Source of the DNA: Tubiluchus corallicola
Lineage: Eukaryota; Animalia; Priapulida
DNA length: 64,000 bases
Direction: 5' to 3'
Assembly (NCBI GenBank): GCA_030141605.1
Contig: JAQGDQ010000097.1
Span: forward strand, 558,001 to 622,000
Shown: one piece after another, positions 12,872 through 24,713 of the stretch
Layout: the number at the start of each line of letters is the position of its first letter
How positions within the stretch are numbered: position 1 is the first letter of the stretch
Position numbers and translations under genes: made by a program
The notes under the pieces: generated by a model
What the model was told of the DNA's origin: nothing
Database searches by the model: none
The model's input: the letters and a program-made list of their open reading frames with translations, nothing else

Positions 12872-13865
12872 TTAAACTTTTATGAAATTACTATAATGAA
12901 GTGCGTGTAGATAATCTGCACATTCTGTTTCGATCAATTTTATTTCGTTTCTATTTAATGTCCTTTTCCAGTCATCAATGTGAGAGCTAGGATCGTTTCT
13001 CAACGTAGAAAAGTCCCAGCGCGGAACAGTAGACACGGTCTTTGTTGCACCATCGAAAGTGTAACCGCTCCCTTGGGCTATTTTGTCTATAAATTTTGTA
13101 ACATTTTCTCTAACAGGAAGATTGGCAAAATTCAATATTTTTACAGTGAACTCTTTGAAATGTTTTACTAGATTTTCGTACTTTAACAGCATGATATTTG
13201 CTTCTGGAATTCGTGCATTTTTTGCACTATTATAGTTTCTCGTCATATCAGTGCATAAATTTTTGATTTGTCCAACGAAATCTTTCCTAAACTGTTCTTG
13301 CTTTTTCCTCGATGCAAAAATTCCTCTTGGGTCTCGTACCAGGTAGATGATCTTGGTTTCTAATGGTTCTTTGAATAGAGAAAGCAAATCAACTACATGT
13401 AAACGAACAGTTTTGATCACAGTTACTTTGCGATTTTTGCATAATTTTTCAAAAGACTCTTGTTTAAGCTTAGTGACTGATGAACCGCAATTTTGTACTC
13501 TTACCATGTCAACATCATCATCACAACCTGCTTCAGACGCAATTGCTTTACTTCGACCAAGAAGTCTTTGCCAGTTCGACACCTTTCTGGGCGTTCTATT
13601 CATCCGTGCCACATCTGAATAGTTGCACTGTGACAAATTTTTAATTATCCCCATGCTTTGTGCTATAATGCTGCTATTTTGAAAGCTGCGTCTCACCCTC
13701 CATGGCGTAACTGCCTCTTTTTGAAAACCTGGGACCATCAACAACGGCTCGAAGACGTACATGACGTCCGGGTGGTTGTTAAATATTTCACCCAAGAGAC
13801 TTGAACCACTTCTGTGATAGGCTAAAATCATTAAAGTTTAGTAATAATCTTTTGCAAGTGATCAT
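12872..13865 (-). CDS. Carbohydrate sulfotransferase (CHST1/3/4/5-like, Golgi type), catalytic exon
   Basis: 5'-PSB motif ILAYHRSGSSLLGEIFNNHPDVMYVFEPL, KTVR, 3'-PB motif YLVRDPRGIFASR, LKYENL and C-terminal DDWK..L...IE..C. The ORF 12872-13831 is open; the exon start is inferred at acceptor CTAG|AT 13865, which requires a 1-nt correction near 13833. Confidence 0.85.
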
Positions 13866-14859
13866 CTAGACTACATATTTTATTCTAATCAAATTAAGTC
13901 TCAGGATTTAAAGATGTTTTTAAGAAAAACATGGGCTTTTCCCATTTTTGTCAAGATAGAATTTCTAGAAATTATTTTAGCAATTATATTAACATTTAAT
14001 TAAATTCAATAATAATTGAAAAGAATATTAATTATCGTCATAAATATGTAAACATCCTCTTCATTATGAAATTTTCTAAAGACTTTATGAATTCAAACTG
14101 TATGATACTGTTGATTCCTTATAAGGAATTGCAGAAAGTGCTAACATCAAAATGAATCTAAAAATGTAAAGTATCAAATTTTCATTTCAAATGAAAAAGA
14201 ACACCGAATCGCTAGAAATAAATGACGCTACATTACCTGAATTTAACATGAAAAGATCTTAGGCGTATATGCACAAAGTGACGCCCCCCCCCCAAGTTGA
14301 ACATGCGTGGTCATTGCATGACAAATTAAATTTCTCAAAAATCATTCAATGCTTAAAACATTGTGTAGGCGTGGTGCTGGGCATATGGACAACCTTCAAG
14401 TTTGTTGTTAACGTTCAAACTTTAACGTTATAAGACCTTTCTTGAAATCTGTGTACCAGTTTTGCATTCTCAAACAAAAGAGTTTACTAAGGGTTTTTAC
14501 AAAGGAGCAGCCTAATTAAATAGAAACCACCCAATTGAAAACAAGTGAAATTATTCTTAATTCACTTTTTGTTGATTACGAAAATGTCTTGGATTGGTCA
14601 CATCTACTACGATTAATTGACCGTAGAACTAACTGATTTTAATTTTAAATTTTGAAAGAGGGGTCAAGCATCAGATAAAAAGCGACACTTAAGCCTTTTG
14701 ATTCAGTTACTGATCATAATTAAGCCTTATATCTTAATGCTAACATCAATAGCATAGACGTAATTATTACATTCTTAATTACTCATTCTAATAGCTTGCG
14801 GAAGTTAGCTACTAGAACCGTTCGTTATGCGTGCTGAAATTTTTGACATGGCGTTTTAC

Positions 14860-15007
14860 CTGCTATGACCAGCGTCGTACGATTAATCCTCGTTTGTGCT
14901 TTTTTCACAATCTGCAGTTGAAATAGCGCAAAGGTAAAAATGCAAGTAGTCACACATATAACTGCTGTTTTGTTTAAGTTGCTTGATGATAGTAAACAGT
15001 GTACCAT
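14860..15007 (-). CDS. Probable first coding exon (type II signal-anchor) of the sulfotransferase
   Basis: MVHCLLSSSNLNKTAVICVTTCIFTFALFQLQIVKKAQTRINRTTLVIA: short cytoplasmic tail, hydrophobic anchor and stem. Phase-1 donor GCA G|GTAAAA at 14859. Confidence 0.55.
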
Positions 15008-15399
15008 GATTAAAGGAAGCAATAAGCACGATAACAATCACAATTATTAGCTATACTTCACTCACAAACCAAACATAACTTCAAAAGATCACTATGCTAT
15101 TTGTGCGGAGATGCGTCCGTCACTGGGCAACTAATAACTTAGCGATGAAGCTGTAGCACATTAAATTTAACCAGGCTTATAATGTTATTTATTAACTCAT
15201 TAACTAACTAACCAAGCTCCGTAATTAGTGTTTTTAGATCAGTTGTCATTGTTGTTTTGTGACGGAACTATGACGAAGCATTTTATTGTGACACAATCAC
15301 CACCACTGATACTGAAATAGGTGACAGTGACAGATAGCGATACCAACAGCCAGCGCCAACAGTATACGAGCACCATTCATTGACTATTATGACTATTAT

Positions 15400-15579
15400 C
15401 ACTTTTTGAAGCTAATGAAAGCCTAGTTAATCACCGCATTCCAGTTCCAGATGCACATGAAACATCGGTGGTCCAAGTAGTAGAAATTTTCAATTACACT
15501 ATTGGGAATATTTGTCAAGAAACATATTATCCACGTTGAAGCAGCAAGAAGTATGCAGTTTTTTCTTGTGAAAACAACA
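15400..15579 (-). pseudogene. GPCR exon covering TM4-ECL2, with in-frame TAG at 15423-15425; apparently truncated in TM5
   Basis: Acceptor CCTTTACAG|T is phase-compatible with the previous exon. Translation SVVFTRKNCILLAASTWIICFLTNIPNSVIENFYYLDHRCFMCIWNWNAVIN*AFISF shows TM4 W..P and the ECL2 Cys. Confidence 0.7.
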
Positions 15580-15607
15580 CTGTAAAGGAACTCAAGACAA
15601 TTAGATC

Positions 15608-16180
15608 AGTAATCCGTGAGAAGACCATCAAAATTTGGGCATCGGTACCGTCCAGAAAGGCACATTCTTCTAATGCATTTTGAAAAGTTACGTATCTCAG
15701 GTTGCTAAAAATGTTTGGTGGACCTTCCTATGGACCACCCCAAAAATCCATGCTTGTGCAAATTTGCGCATGGCAAGGACGAGGCCAAACATTCTTGTAG
15801 TCACTTAAATTTTAAGAGTTTACTTTGTCTAGTGTTATACTGTTCACCAATGTGATCACGTGAATTGTAGCAGAAAAAAATTACGCCTAATCCATCAGGG
15901 CACACTGCACAAAAACTGTTCCATCTCAGAATAACCAAAAAGGCAAATCGGAAAAATAAACGGGGAATTAATAAACACATTTCTCAGGTTATTCTGAGAT
16001 GGGACAATTTTAGGGTAGTGTGACTTGGGTATCTCATCCTTGCCCTGTACAAATTTGCAACAAACATGGCTCTTTAGGGGTGGTGCCACAAATGGGCTAG
16101 TACCGCAGACGAAGCTATGCCAGGCTTTTTTGTGTACCACCAGATGGTATCAAAAAGTTGGCTGGCTCACGGACTACTAG
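15608..16180. mobile_element. Non-autonomous DNA transposon in the GPCR intron
   Basis: Imperfect TIRs: CAGTAATCCGTGAG at left, CTCACGGACTACTA at right. Confidence 0.4.
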
Positions 16181-16494
16181 CTTGCAGCTAAACAGTTTCC
16201 CTTCATCCATTTACATACGTATTTACATGTTATTTTGAGCCGTATTGTGCAAAGTCAAGTTCACGATATGGTGACAATAGTCGAAAAAGACACGTTTAAT
16301 AACTATAATTACATATTCTTAAAATATTTAAGAACTATTCTTGCGATGCTCCTGAAAGTAATACATTACAGGACGAGAAAATACGAGAAGGCAAGATAAA
16401 GTGACCTACACATCTATATCCCCTCTGTTTTATTATACCTTAATTAAAATGCGTTAAAAGTATACAAAGAAGCTACTAGTGTACCCAATTTTAC

Positions 16495-16645
16495 CTGTAT
16501 GCATTTCGATAGATGATTGCAGTCAATCGATTTACGGCTATCACCCATAATGTAAAAAGCGATGCTGCACATACAACATAGCACAATACAGCAATCATCT
16601 TGCAGAAGTTAAAGTGTTTGATCATGTATTCGGGGTAAATGTAAC
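16495..16645 (-). pseudogene. Class A GPCR (melatonin-receptor-like) exon covering ECL1-TM3
   Basis: Acceptor TTTTTTACAG|GT and donor AG|GTAAA. Translation GYIYPEYMIKHFNFCKMIAVLCYVVCAASLFTLWVIAVNRLTAII contains the TM3 Cys and the NR variant of DRY seen in melatonin-type receptors. Confidence 0.75.
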
Positions 16646-17094
16646 CTGTAAAAAATTGTACACGTACAAGTTGGTTATGCACTAAATGAAATATGTGTAG
16701 AAAATATTCACTCATTTTAGTGGATACAGCAGTGGGAATGTTGCGACCAACCCTAAAACATTTGTCACTCATTTTCAAGATGCGACTTGGACAGTTAAGA
16801 TAATTTTAGACAGTTCGCAGTCAATAAGGAGCATGGTAAATACTATATTATACTTTTAATTAACTGGATTGTATCTTAGTGCAAACAATAGGTACATGAA
16901 GTATTTTTTTCAACTGAGGCGCTTGACCGAGGCGTCTCACGGCGCACACAACTCCACAAAAGTTACTTATAGAAGCCCAATAAACGATTTTCCACGTATG
17001 GCGCAAGAAGTATACTGTTTATCAAGATCAAGCTGCACAGTATTTCGGACAATTTTTGCCTCATAACTGTCAATTCTGAATTATCGTTTGATGC

Positions 17095-17305
<211 letters not shown>

Positions 17306-18442
17306 CAACATTCTGTCAGTGTCTGTCATGTTTTGATTATTTCTGCTGATTTGAGAGGCTACAATATCATACTCAGTCGTTCAGTCCGTCTGTTAAATGA
17401 TGGGTTCTGCGACTTCGATAGAAGCTGACCTAACAGAAGAAATTATCTCCACAGTGCAGGAACCACAAACTTTTGGCATCACGACATTCAGACTTCTGTA
17501 AAGTAGAATGTTATAAGTCTCGTTAACAGCTGGATGGGCGAGCGCAAAGAATGCAACTAGGGCTGTTCGTGGAGTTTATCTTTCGTGTGAAAATCGGTTC
17601 AGGCGAAACAAATTTGATTCCCATGTGTATGAGACGAAATGGTAATCTCACAGAAAAATATGTCATTTCCCACCGTTAGTGGCTGCTTCGAACAACAGAA
17701 AAACAGAGATTAATTAATTCCACAAAATTAATTAATTTAACATTAATAAACAGTAATTAAATGAATTGAACACTGTGAAAGCAAAATAATTAAACCAGTA
17801 AAGTTTGTTTTACACTAATTAACTTCACGTGCCTAAAAGTATTCTTCGTGCGTTATTTTATACGTTTACATTTATTGTAGCGTTATTTTGGACGCGGTTT
17901 GGCCGCCATATTGGATATTGTTATTGATATTCAAACTTGGGATCTCTAAAACCTCTAAGAAACATATTGAATGACTGCACAGAACGTCCTAAAAGTGCTA
18001 TTTTAGACGTTACTTTGACAGTCATATTAAGGGGAGGGGGCGGTGAGGCCATAAACCTAAATTGCTCTTAGCCTAATGAGACTTAAGCTCATCTATTAAC
18101 CAGGTTATCTCCGTAATTAATTCAGTAACTTGTGTTTTCTGCAACTGACGATTACTATTATCAGCGACATCTTAACCGTCAGGAATGGTGGACGATGTTT
18201 AAGGAAGCAACAACAGAACATTTTGAACGTCGGAATCTGGAACCGTCCTCGTGCTAATATTTTGAAAATCATCTCATTTTATTTCTTGAGGTCCTTCTAT
18301 TGTATTTTTTTGTAATTTATTATCGACTTCAGCATGTAATTTTACATTATAATTTGCGTCATCATCTTATTACTATTACGCATTGTAACTAGGAAAAATC
18401 AAATATAGTTAGAATGATTGTAACAGATCTACATTAATATAC

Positions 18443-18690
18443 TATAGGTTTTACACGTCAAATGTACAGGAAAGTTCAAATGTGACTTAGGTAAGTGAAA
18501 TGTAGACATAGGACATTTGACTTGACATGCGTCTACATTTGATTTACCAAAAGAGTTTAAGATTTGTTGAAGACCATTGTTAACACATTTGAACTACCTA
18601 AGTCTACATTTGAGTTACCAAGACACATTTGAATTACCTAAATCTACATTTGAGTTAACGCAGCTCTACATTTGACATGTAACACCTATA
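18443..18690. mobile_element. Foldback-type MITE with ~24 bp TIRs and inverted subterminal repeats
   Basis: Left TATAGGTTTTACACGTCAAATGTA and right TACATTTGACATGTAACACCTATA are reverse complements (22/24). Internal TCAAATGT units on the left face ACATTTGA units on the right; TA at both ends. Confidence 0.8.
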
Positions 18691-19739
18691 TTACATGGTG
18701 TAGTTAGGGAAAAAATCAAAATATAATTACAATGATTGTAACAGAACTATATTAATATAGTTACTAAACTACATAATAGTTTATCAATCAGAAATAGGTG
18801 CTGCATTGTGGTTGAGAAGCGAAGCTTGTGAAGCCCCACCAAGAAAAATGGAAAAAATTGCTTAGCTAACAAGAGAGTTAGCTAATTATAGAAAAACAGA
18901 GAATAGTAAAGATGAAGTAATATAGTAAAGATGAAGAAAAGAGAAAAGAAATCAAATAGAAAGGAGTTCTATGAAGCCTGTACCATCATAGTGAAAGTAA
19001 TCTATGGGAATCCCTTAGCAGCACACGCCAGCTGGTCACGGCTTGAAGACCATGCAGCCACCGTGTCTAAGTTTCCCCTGCACCTGCACTGACTGCGCAA
19101 CTTTACTCGCGCTAATTCTCTTATACTCACATCGGATTACAGCTGCCATCTGTTGAAACATTTGCTTGACATTTATACCAATACTTAATACCATGTGAGT
19201 TAGTGACAAAACCCCAGGAAGGCAGAATTCAATCCATCGACTTTTCTTTCTTCTAGGCGAGGACACCAGTATGAAGCTCCCTAAAGCCATATTATACGGA
19301 ATGTTCGAGAATTTTTTACCTAGAACGCTTGGAATTCTTGAATTCCCGAAAGGCCGTTTATCTTCTTGGCCCGAGCCGTCATCTCAATATCTGATGAAAC
19401 TTTAATTTTTGTTTTTGTATTGTAGTAGTAATAGGTTGTCTTGTGGTGTATGTAACAATGTATTATTTATGGCTTTTGGCACTAAACGAAACGAAACGAA
19501 ACAAAACAAAACGAAACGAAACTGAGCTAAACTAAACTAAACTTGAAGTTCTAATGCTGTAGCCACCAAATTGTCATTTGATTTCTATTGTAATTCTTAT
19601 TCATTTTTAACAAATTTTTAAAAATAATGAGGAATCATTGCAATAACCGATATTTATAATTTCCAAGAAACAAATGAACGTCACAAACTTAGTCAAATTC
19701 GTAAAGCCATGCGAAACTCTCTGATATTCATTCCCTTAT

Positions 19740-20824
<1,085 letters not shown>

Positions 20825-23223
20825 GATTTCTGGCCCCTTCGATTCGGCTGATTCTAATCTTAATTAGTCTAAATGACATTTAATTTGGTGAAATTTGAAA
20901 CGGAGTTTTCTTGCTGCTACATTTTCTTCTCCTAGACCTAACTGATGACAACTCGGGAAGGACAAGGCCCATTATTAGTTTCCTTAGCTACTGTTTTCTC
21001 TGCACACATCATGGATGCAATGCAAAAACAGTCAGAGAGTAATTTGCAACTTATGAATAGAGACTCCATTGAAAAAAGTGCAATTAGTTGAAATTCAGCT
21101 TACTCTCACTCTATAATAGCGTTATTATCATTCAAATTAGCAGCGAATTACTTCCAATCTTATCGTGTTGATGTTACTGCCTTTCAGCATCACCATTTTT
21201 GTATATTTTTAACGTCAGAATAGTTGAAATTTTATCTCTTTTTCTGAATTTTAATTGTTTACTTATAATGTTTATTGCAACCAGTCTAAGAGAGAAACTC
21301 CATATTTAGGGCCTACGCAATAATCACATGCTCAATGGTGCAACTTTTTTTCCATACAAAAACACTTCCTTAAGGGTAGCTTACAATAACACAATAACTT
21401 CAACTTTTGGAAAGATGTAGCGTAAGTAAAAAATTTGTAAAATTTAATATTCCTGACTATGGCGTCATTACAAGAAAGATAATAGGATCATTCATACAGA
21501 CCTATGGACTGGCAGCGCTGCCCAATGATATAATTAATGAACTGTATGTTTACTATTTCTGTCATTATGTTTTGCATTATGCAATCAACATCTTTTATCT
21601 TGTAAGCCTGTAACTTTTATTGCGTTTTATTCGTCTGTACACCGTACTTTTTAATGACCTGGCTTGTGTAATTATGTTTTGTGTCTGGGTGTGTATGTAC
21701 ATATGTAAATATTTTAATAGATTCTATTATAATTTTTATAGTATGGCTGAGTTTCTAAATTGTTTTTACATGATACTATGTACTTTTAAATGTGTGAAAT
21801 AAATTTGAAATAAATAATAAATAAACTACAAATGTGCACCTCATCAAACATGATTTTATTGTGTGTACATCTTTTGATGCATCGCTAATGGTACTCAAGG
21901 AAAACTATTGTTATTAGAACTAAGTGTTTGTGTTCGACGTGAATGTTCTTTGCATACACACCTTCCTAACAAAGATGCAATCATAATCTTTTGCAATTCT
22001 TAAGCGAAAAAATCAAAACGTGGCAAGATCCACTTTTTTAAATCTTAGACAATACAAATTAATTTCTAAACGCAAATCTTTTATTAATGAAAATTCTCAC
22101 AATTAAGTAACAAGAAGAAAAAGCAGCGTTTCAAACCGTAGTTTACTGTCAGCTGAGGAGATTGAACGTGATTTTTACGCAGTGACTACAGGTCGAAGGT
22201 CACTCTTTCAAGAGCGTTAAACCGTACAGGATAACGATTTGTTTGTGTGGAGATGTATTAAAAATAATGGCGATTTTCTATCGGTAGTGTTTAATATTTC
22301 ATTTTGTGCTGTACATCATTTTTTGTGCAGGGGTCTCTCGTGTTACAACCCACAGGCTTTGATCAGAGAATGAAATCTGTTGGAGATATGTAAGTGTACT
22401 ATTTAGTATTTGCCTTGTTTGCTTGTCGCAGTGTTGATTTATATATGTTTTTTACACTGTCTTTTTATCTAGGTGATTGTTGTGTGAACATGACGTTAGC
22501 TATGTCAAAACGTTGCAGATATTGTGTCTGAATAAAAGGCATATCTTTTCTTAAGTAGGCACGTCATTTTTATTTTAAGAATTAGTTTTCCCATCACAAA
22601 TCACTAGTTGCGCATAAGTAATACATAGGTAAATTTAGTATATAACACAAAATTCCTTTTTTGAAAAAAAATTAAAATTTAAAAGTTAGTAACATTTTGT
22701 TTGAAATCGTACCAAGAGCGGAGGGGGCTATATCTCTCGTTAAAATCCCTTGTAGTCCTACACATAATATCAAGTAAATAATTGTACATGTAGTTAAGTA
22801 TTACTAATTATGCAATTTATGCCTAATAAACACTAGTCAATCAATATATAATTTTTACGGTTTTCTAACTTGCTTTAGAAATTTTTTGTTGGGGTTATCT
22901 GAGCAACCAACGGTTAAAGAATAACATTACTCCTCGAGGGCTCTTGAAAAAGTTTCTAAAGCAGGTTGCAAGTTTCCACATCAAGAAATATCATTGTGCC
23001 TGTTTCCACGTACGCTAGGTTTTACTATTATTTTACTGTAGAGCCAATTTATATCACTCTTAGCTAAACAATGTCGTACTGTACATCACAGATACCGCGA
23101 AAACGTGAACTGCTTGGTGTAAAAATATTAATATGTTTTTTATATAAATATTGTTTAAAAGTTACTTCTCTGAGGACAGATATAAGTTAAAATTATGCGA
23201 AGGTCTTTAAATGTTCTTCTGTA

Positions 23224-23620
23224 AATGGGTGCTTTGCTAAATACAATATTGTTGCAGATGGTAAGAAAACAATGTGCCTCGCTGTCTCCAAGGCTGCTAT
23301 TTGATGACGTCAATGGAGTATGCAACTAAACTTTTACTGGTCTATAAATCTGTGTTTCTAACTCGAACCTTCGTGATGCTTGAACTTTACATGGCACCTG
23401 GCAGAAAGATTGGACGTCAGATGGATACCTAGCGAAATGTAATACTGTCTCAGATGATAAGAATACAGTGTGCCTCCACTGTCTCCAACGCTGTCATTTT
23501 GATGACGTTAGTGGTTAATGCAATTAAACTCTTCTGTTCCATGTCTCCGATTCTAACTATAGCGACGCTCGAAGTTTACATGGTACCTAGAAAAAAGACT
23601 GGACATTACAGAGATTGCCT
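23224..23620 (+). repeat. Diverged ~196 bp tandem duplication
   Basis: CAGATGGTAAGAAAACAATGTGCCTC..TGTCTCCAA..TTTGATGACGT..TTTACATGGCACCT versus CAGATGATAAGAATACAGTGTGCCTC..TGTCTCCAA..TTTGATGACGT..TTTACATGGTACCT. Confidence 0.8.
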
Positions 23621-24124
23621 GTGGTTTCGAAAATTAGTTATTTTCTTTGTTACACCAATTCCAGAAAGTACAGGCCTAAAACGCACAATGAAAAGGAATG
23701 AAGATTCGTTCACAAACTAGAACACCAGAATGTACTTTTATTGTACTGTCAAAATGCGGAACTCGAATTTCCTCACTGTACTTAAAGTGGTTTGAACCCC
23801 ACAGTCTTCCCCTGCCCCTACCGTTCTCGTATTTAAATGCTGGATCTTTGTAACTGGGCCTAACAACTGTTTAGTTTTTACATTAGGTGCTTGTGCATTT
23901 ATTGCTTCATAGCCAGTGTGGGTTTTATTTGCACGGTTATATACAGGGATTTTACGTAGGCCCATTAAATTTTTCAATATTAAAATTTCATTGTTATACA
24001 TGTTAAAAATATAAAAATTAATCTAATTAGTTAGAATCAATCTAGTGTGAGCTATCAAACATTGGAAATGTTGGACTTGGTCGACCAGCTATAAGAGATG
24101 AACTTTGAGCCGGCTTGAACATTA

Positions 24125-24250
24125 CGGAATACAGAGGGTACTGGTCTAAGTAAGCTTGTAAGCAGAAAGTACATGGTTCAAATCTAGGCCGTATTCCAAC
24201 TTTTTCACATTTCCAATTTCTCAAGTTTGGTATTAAAATTTAATTAATTA
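24125..24250 (+). mobile_element. tRNA-derived SINE copy
   Basis: CTTGTAAGCAGAAAGTACATGGTTCAAATCTAGGCC (B box) followed by CTTTTTCACATTTCCAATTTCTCAAG, similar to the 600 and 6340 copies. Confidence 0.45.
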
Positions 24251-24644
24251 CGTGTTTGCAACATTTCTGCACGTAATTATTTCTTTGCTTACTTAAAGGC
24301 GCCATATTCCATCACAGCAGCATCACGTTGACATCCTTAAAAACGCTAAGTATTTTCTCAACAAACTGGCCAAAAATACAACAACGTTTTGCTAAGCATT
24401 ATTATCAATAAATCCCGATCACATAACGAATCTCAAATTACTGTGTGATATCAAACAAGACTACCAAAGATCATAAACATGCTATTTTTTTCTGGTCACT
24501 AGTTAAAAGTCAGTTTAACAGTAGACTATTTATTACATTGAAAAATAATCTACGTCAGGTGGATTTATAAACGATTAACGTTAACTTCATTGCTGCTAGA
24601 ACATCATAATGTTTTACTGACAGCAAAAAATTAAAATTTACCAT

Positions 24645-24713
24645 AAGGGGTACAACAGTTAACACGGCTGTCCGGAATTCAGAGGCATTGGGTTCACGTC
24701 ACAGCTGGCACCA
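24645..24713 (+). pseudogene. Degenerate tRNA-like sequence ending in CCA
   Basis: A-box-like GGTACAACAGTT, B-box-like GGGTTCACGTC and 3' GCTGGCACCA. The acceptor stem is not complementary, so this is not a functional tRNA. Confidence 0.3.

Noticed and set aside
6988-15425. Nuclear stop-codon reassignment (TAA/TAG read as Tyr)
   Set aside because: TAA is the natural terminator of both the ENaC (6790) and the sulfotransferase (12872), and the ENaC also has frameshifts; decay or sequence error is more parsimonious.
18443-18690. Short regularly spaced repeats superficially like a CRISPR array
   Set aside because: Eukaryotic context, repeats are inverted between the arms, and there are no unique spacers or cas genes; it is a foldback MITE.
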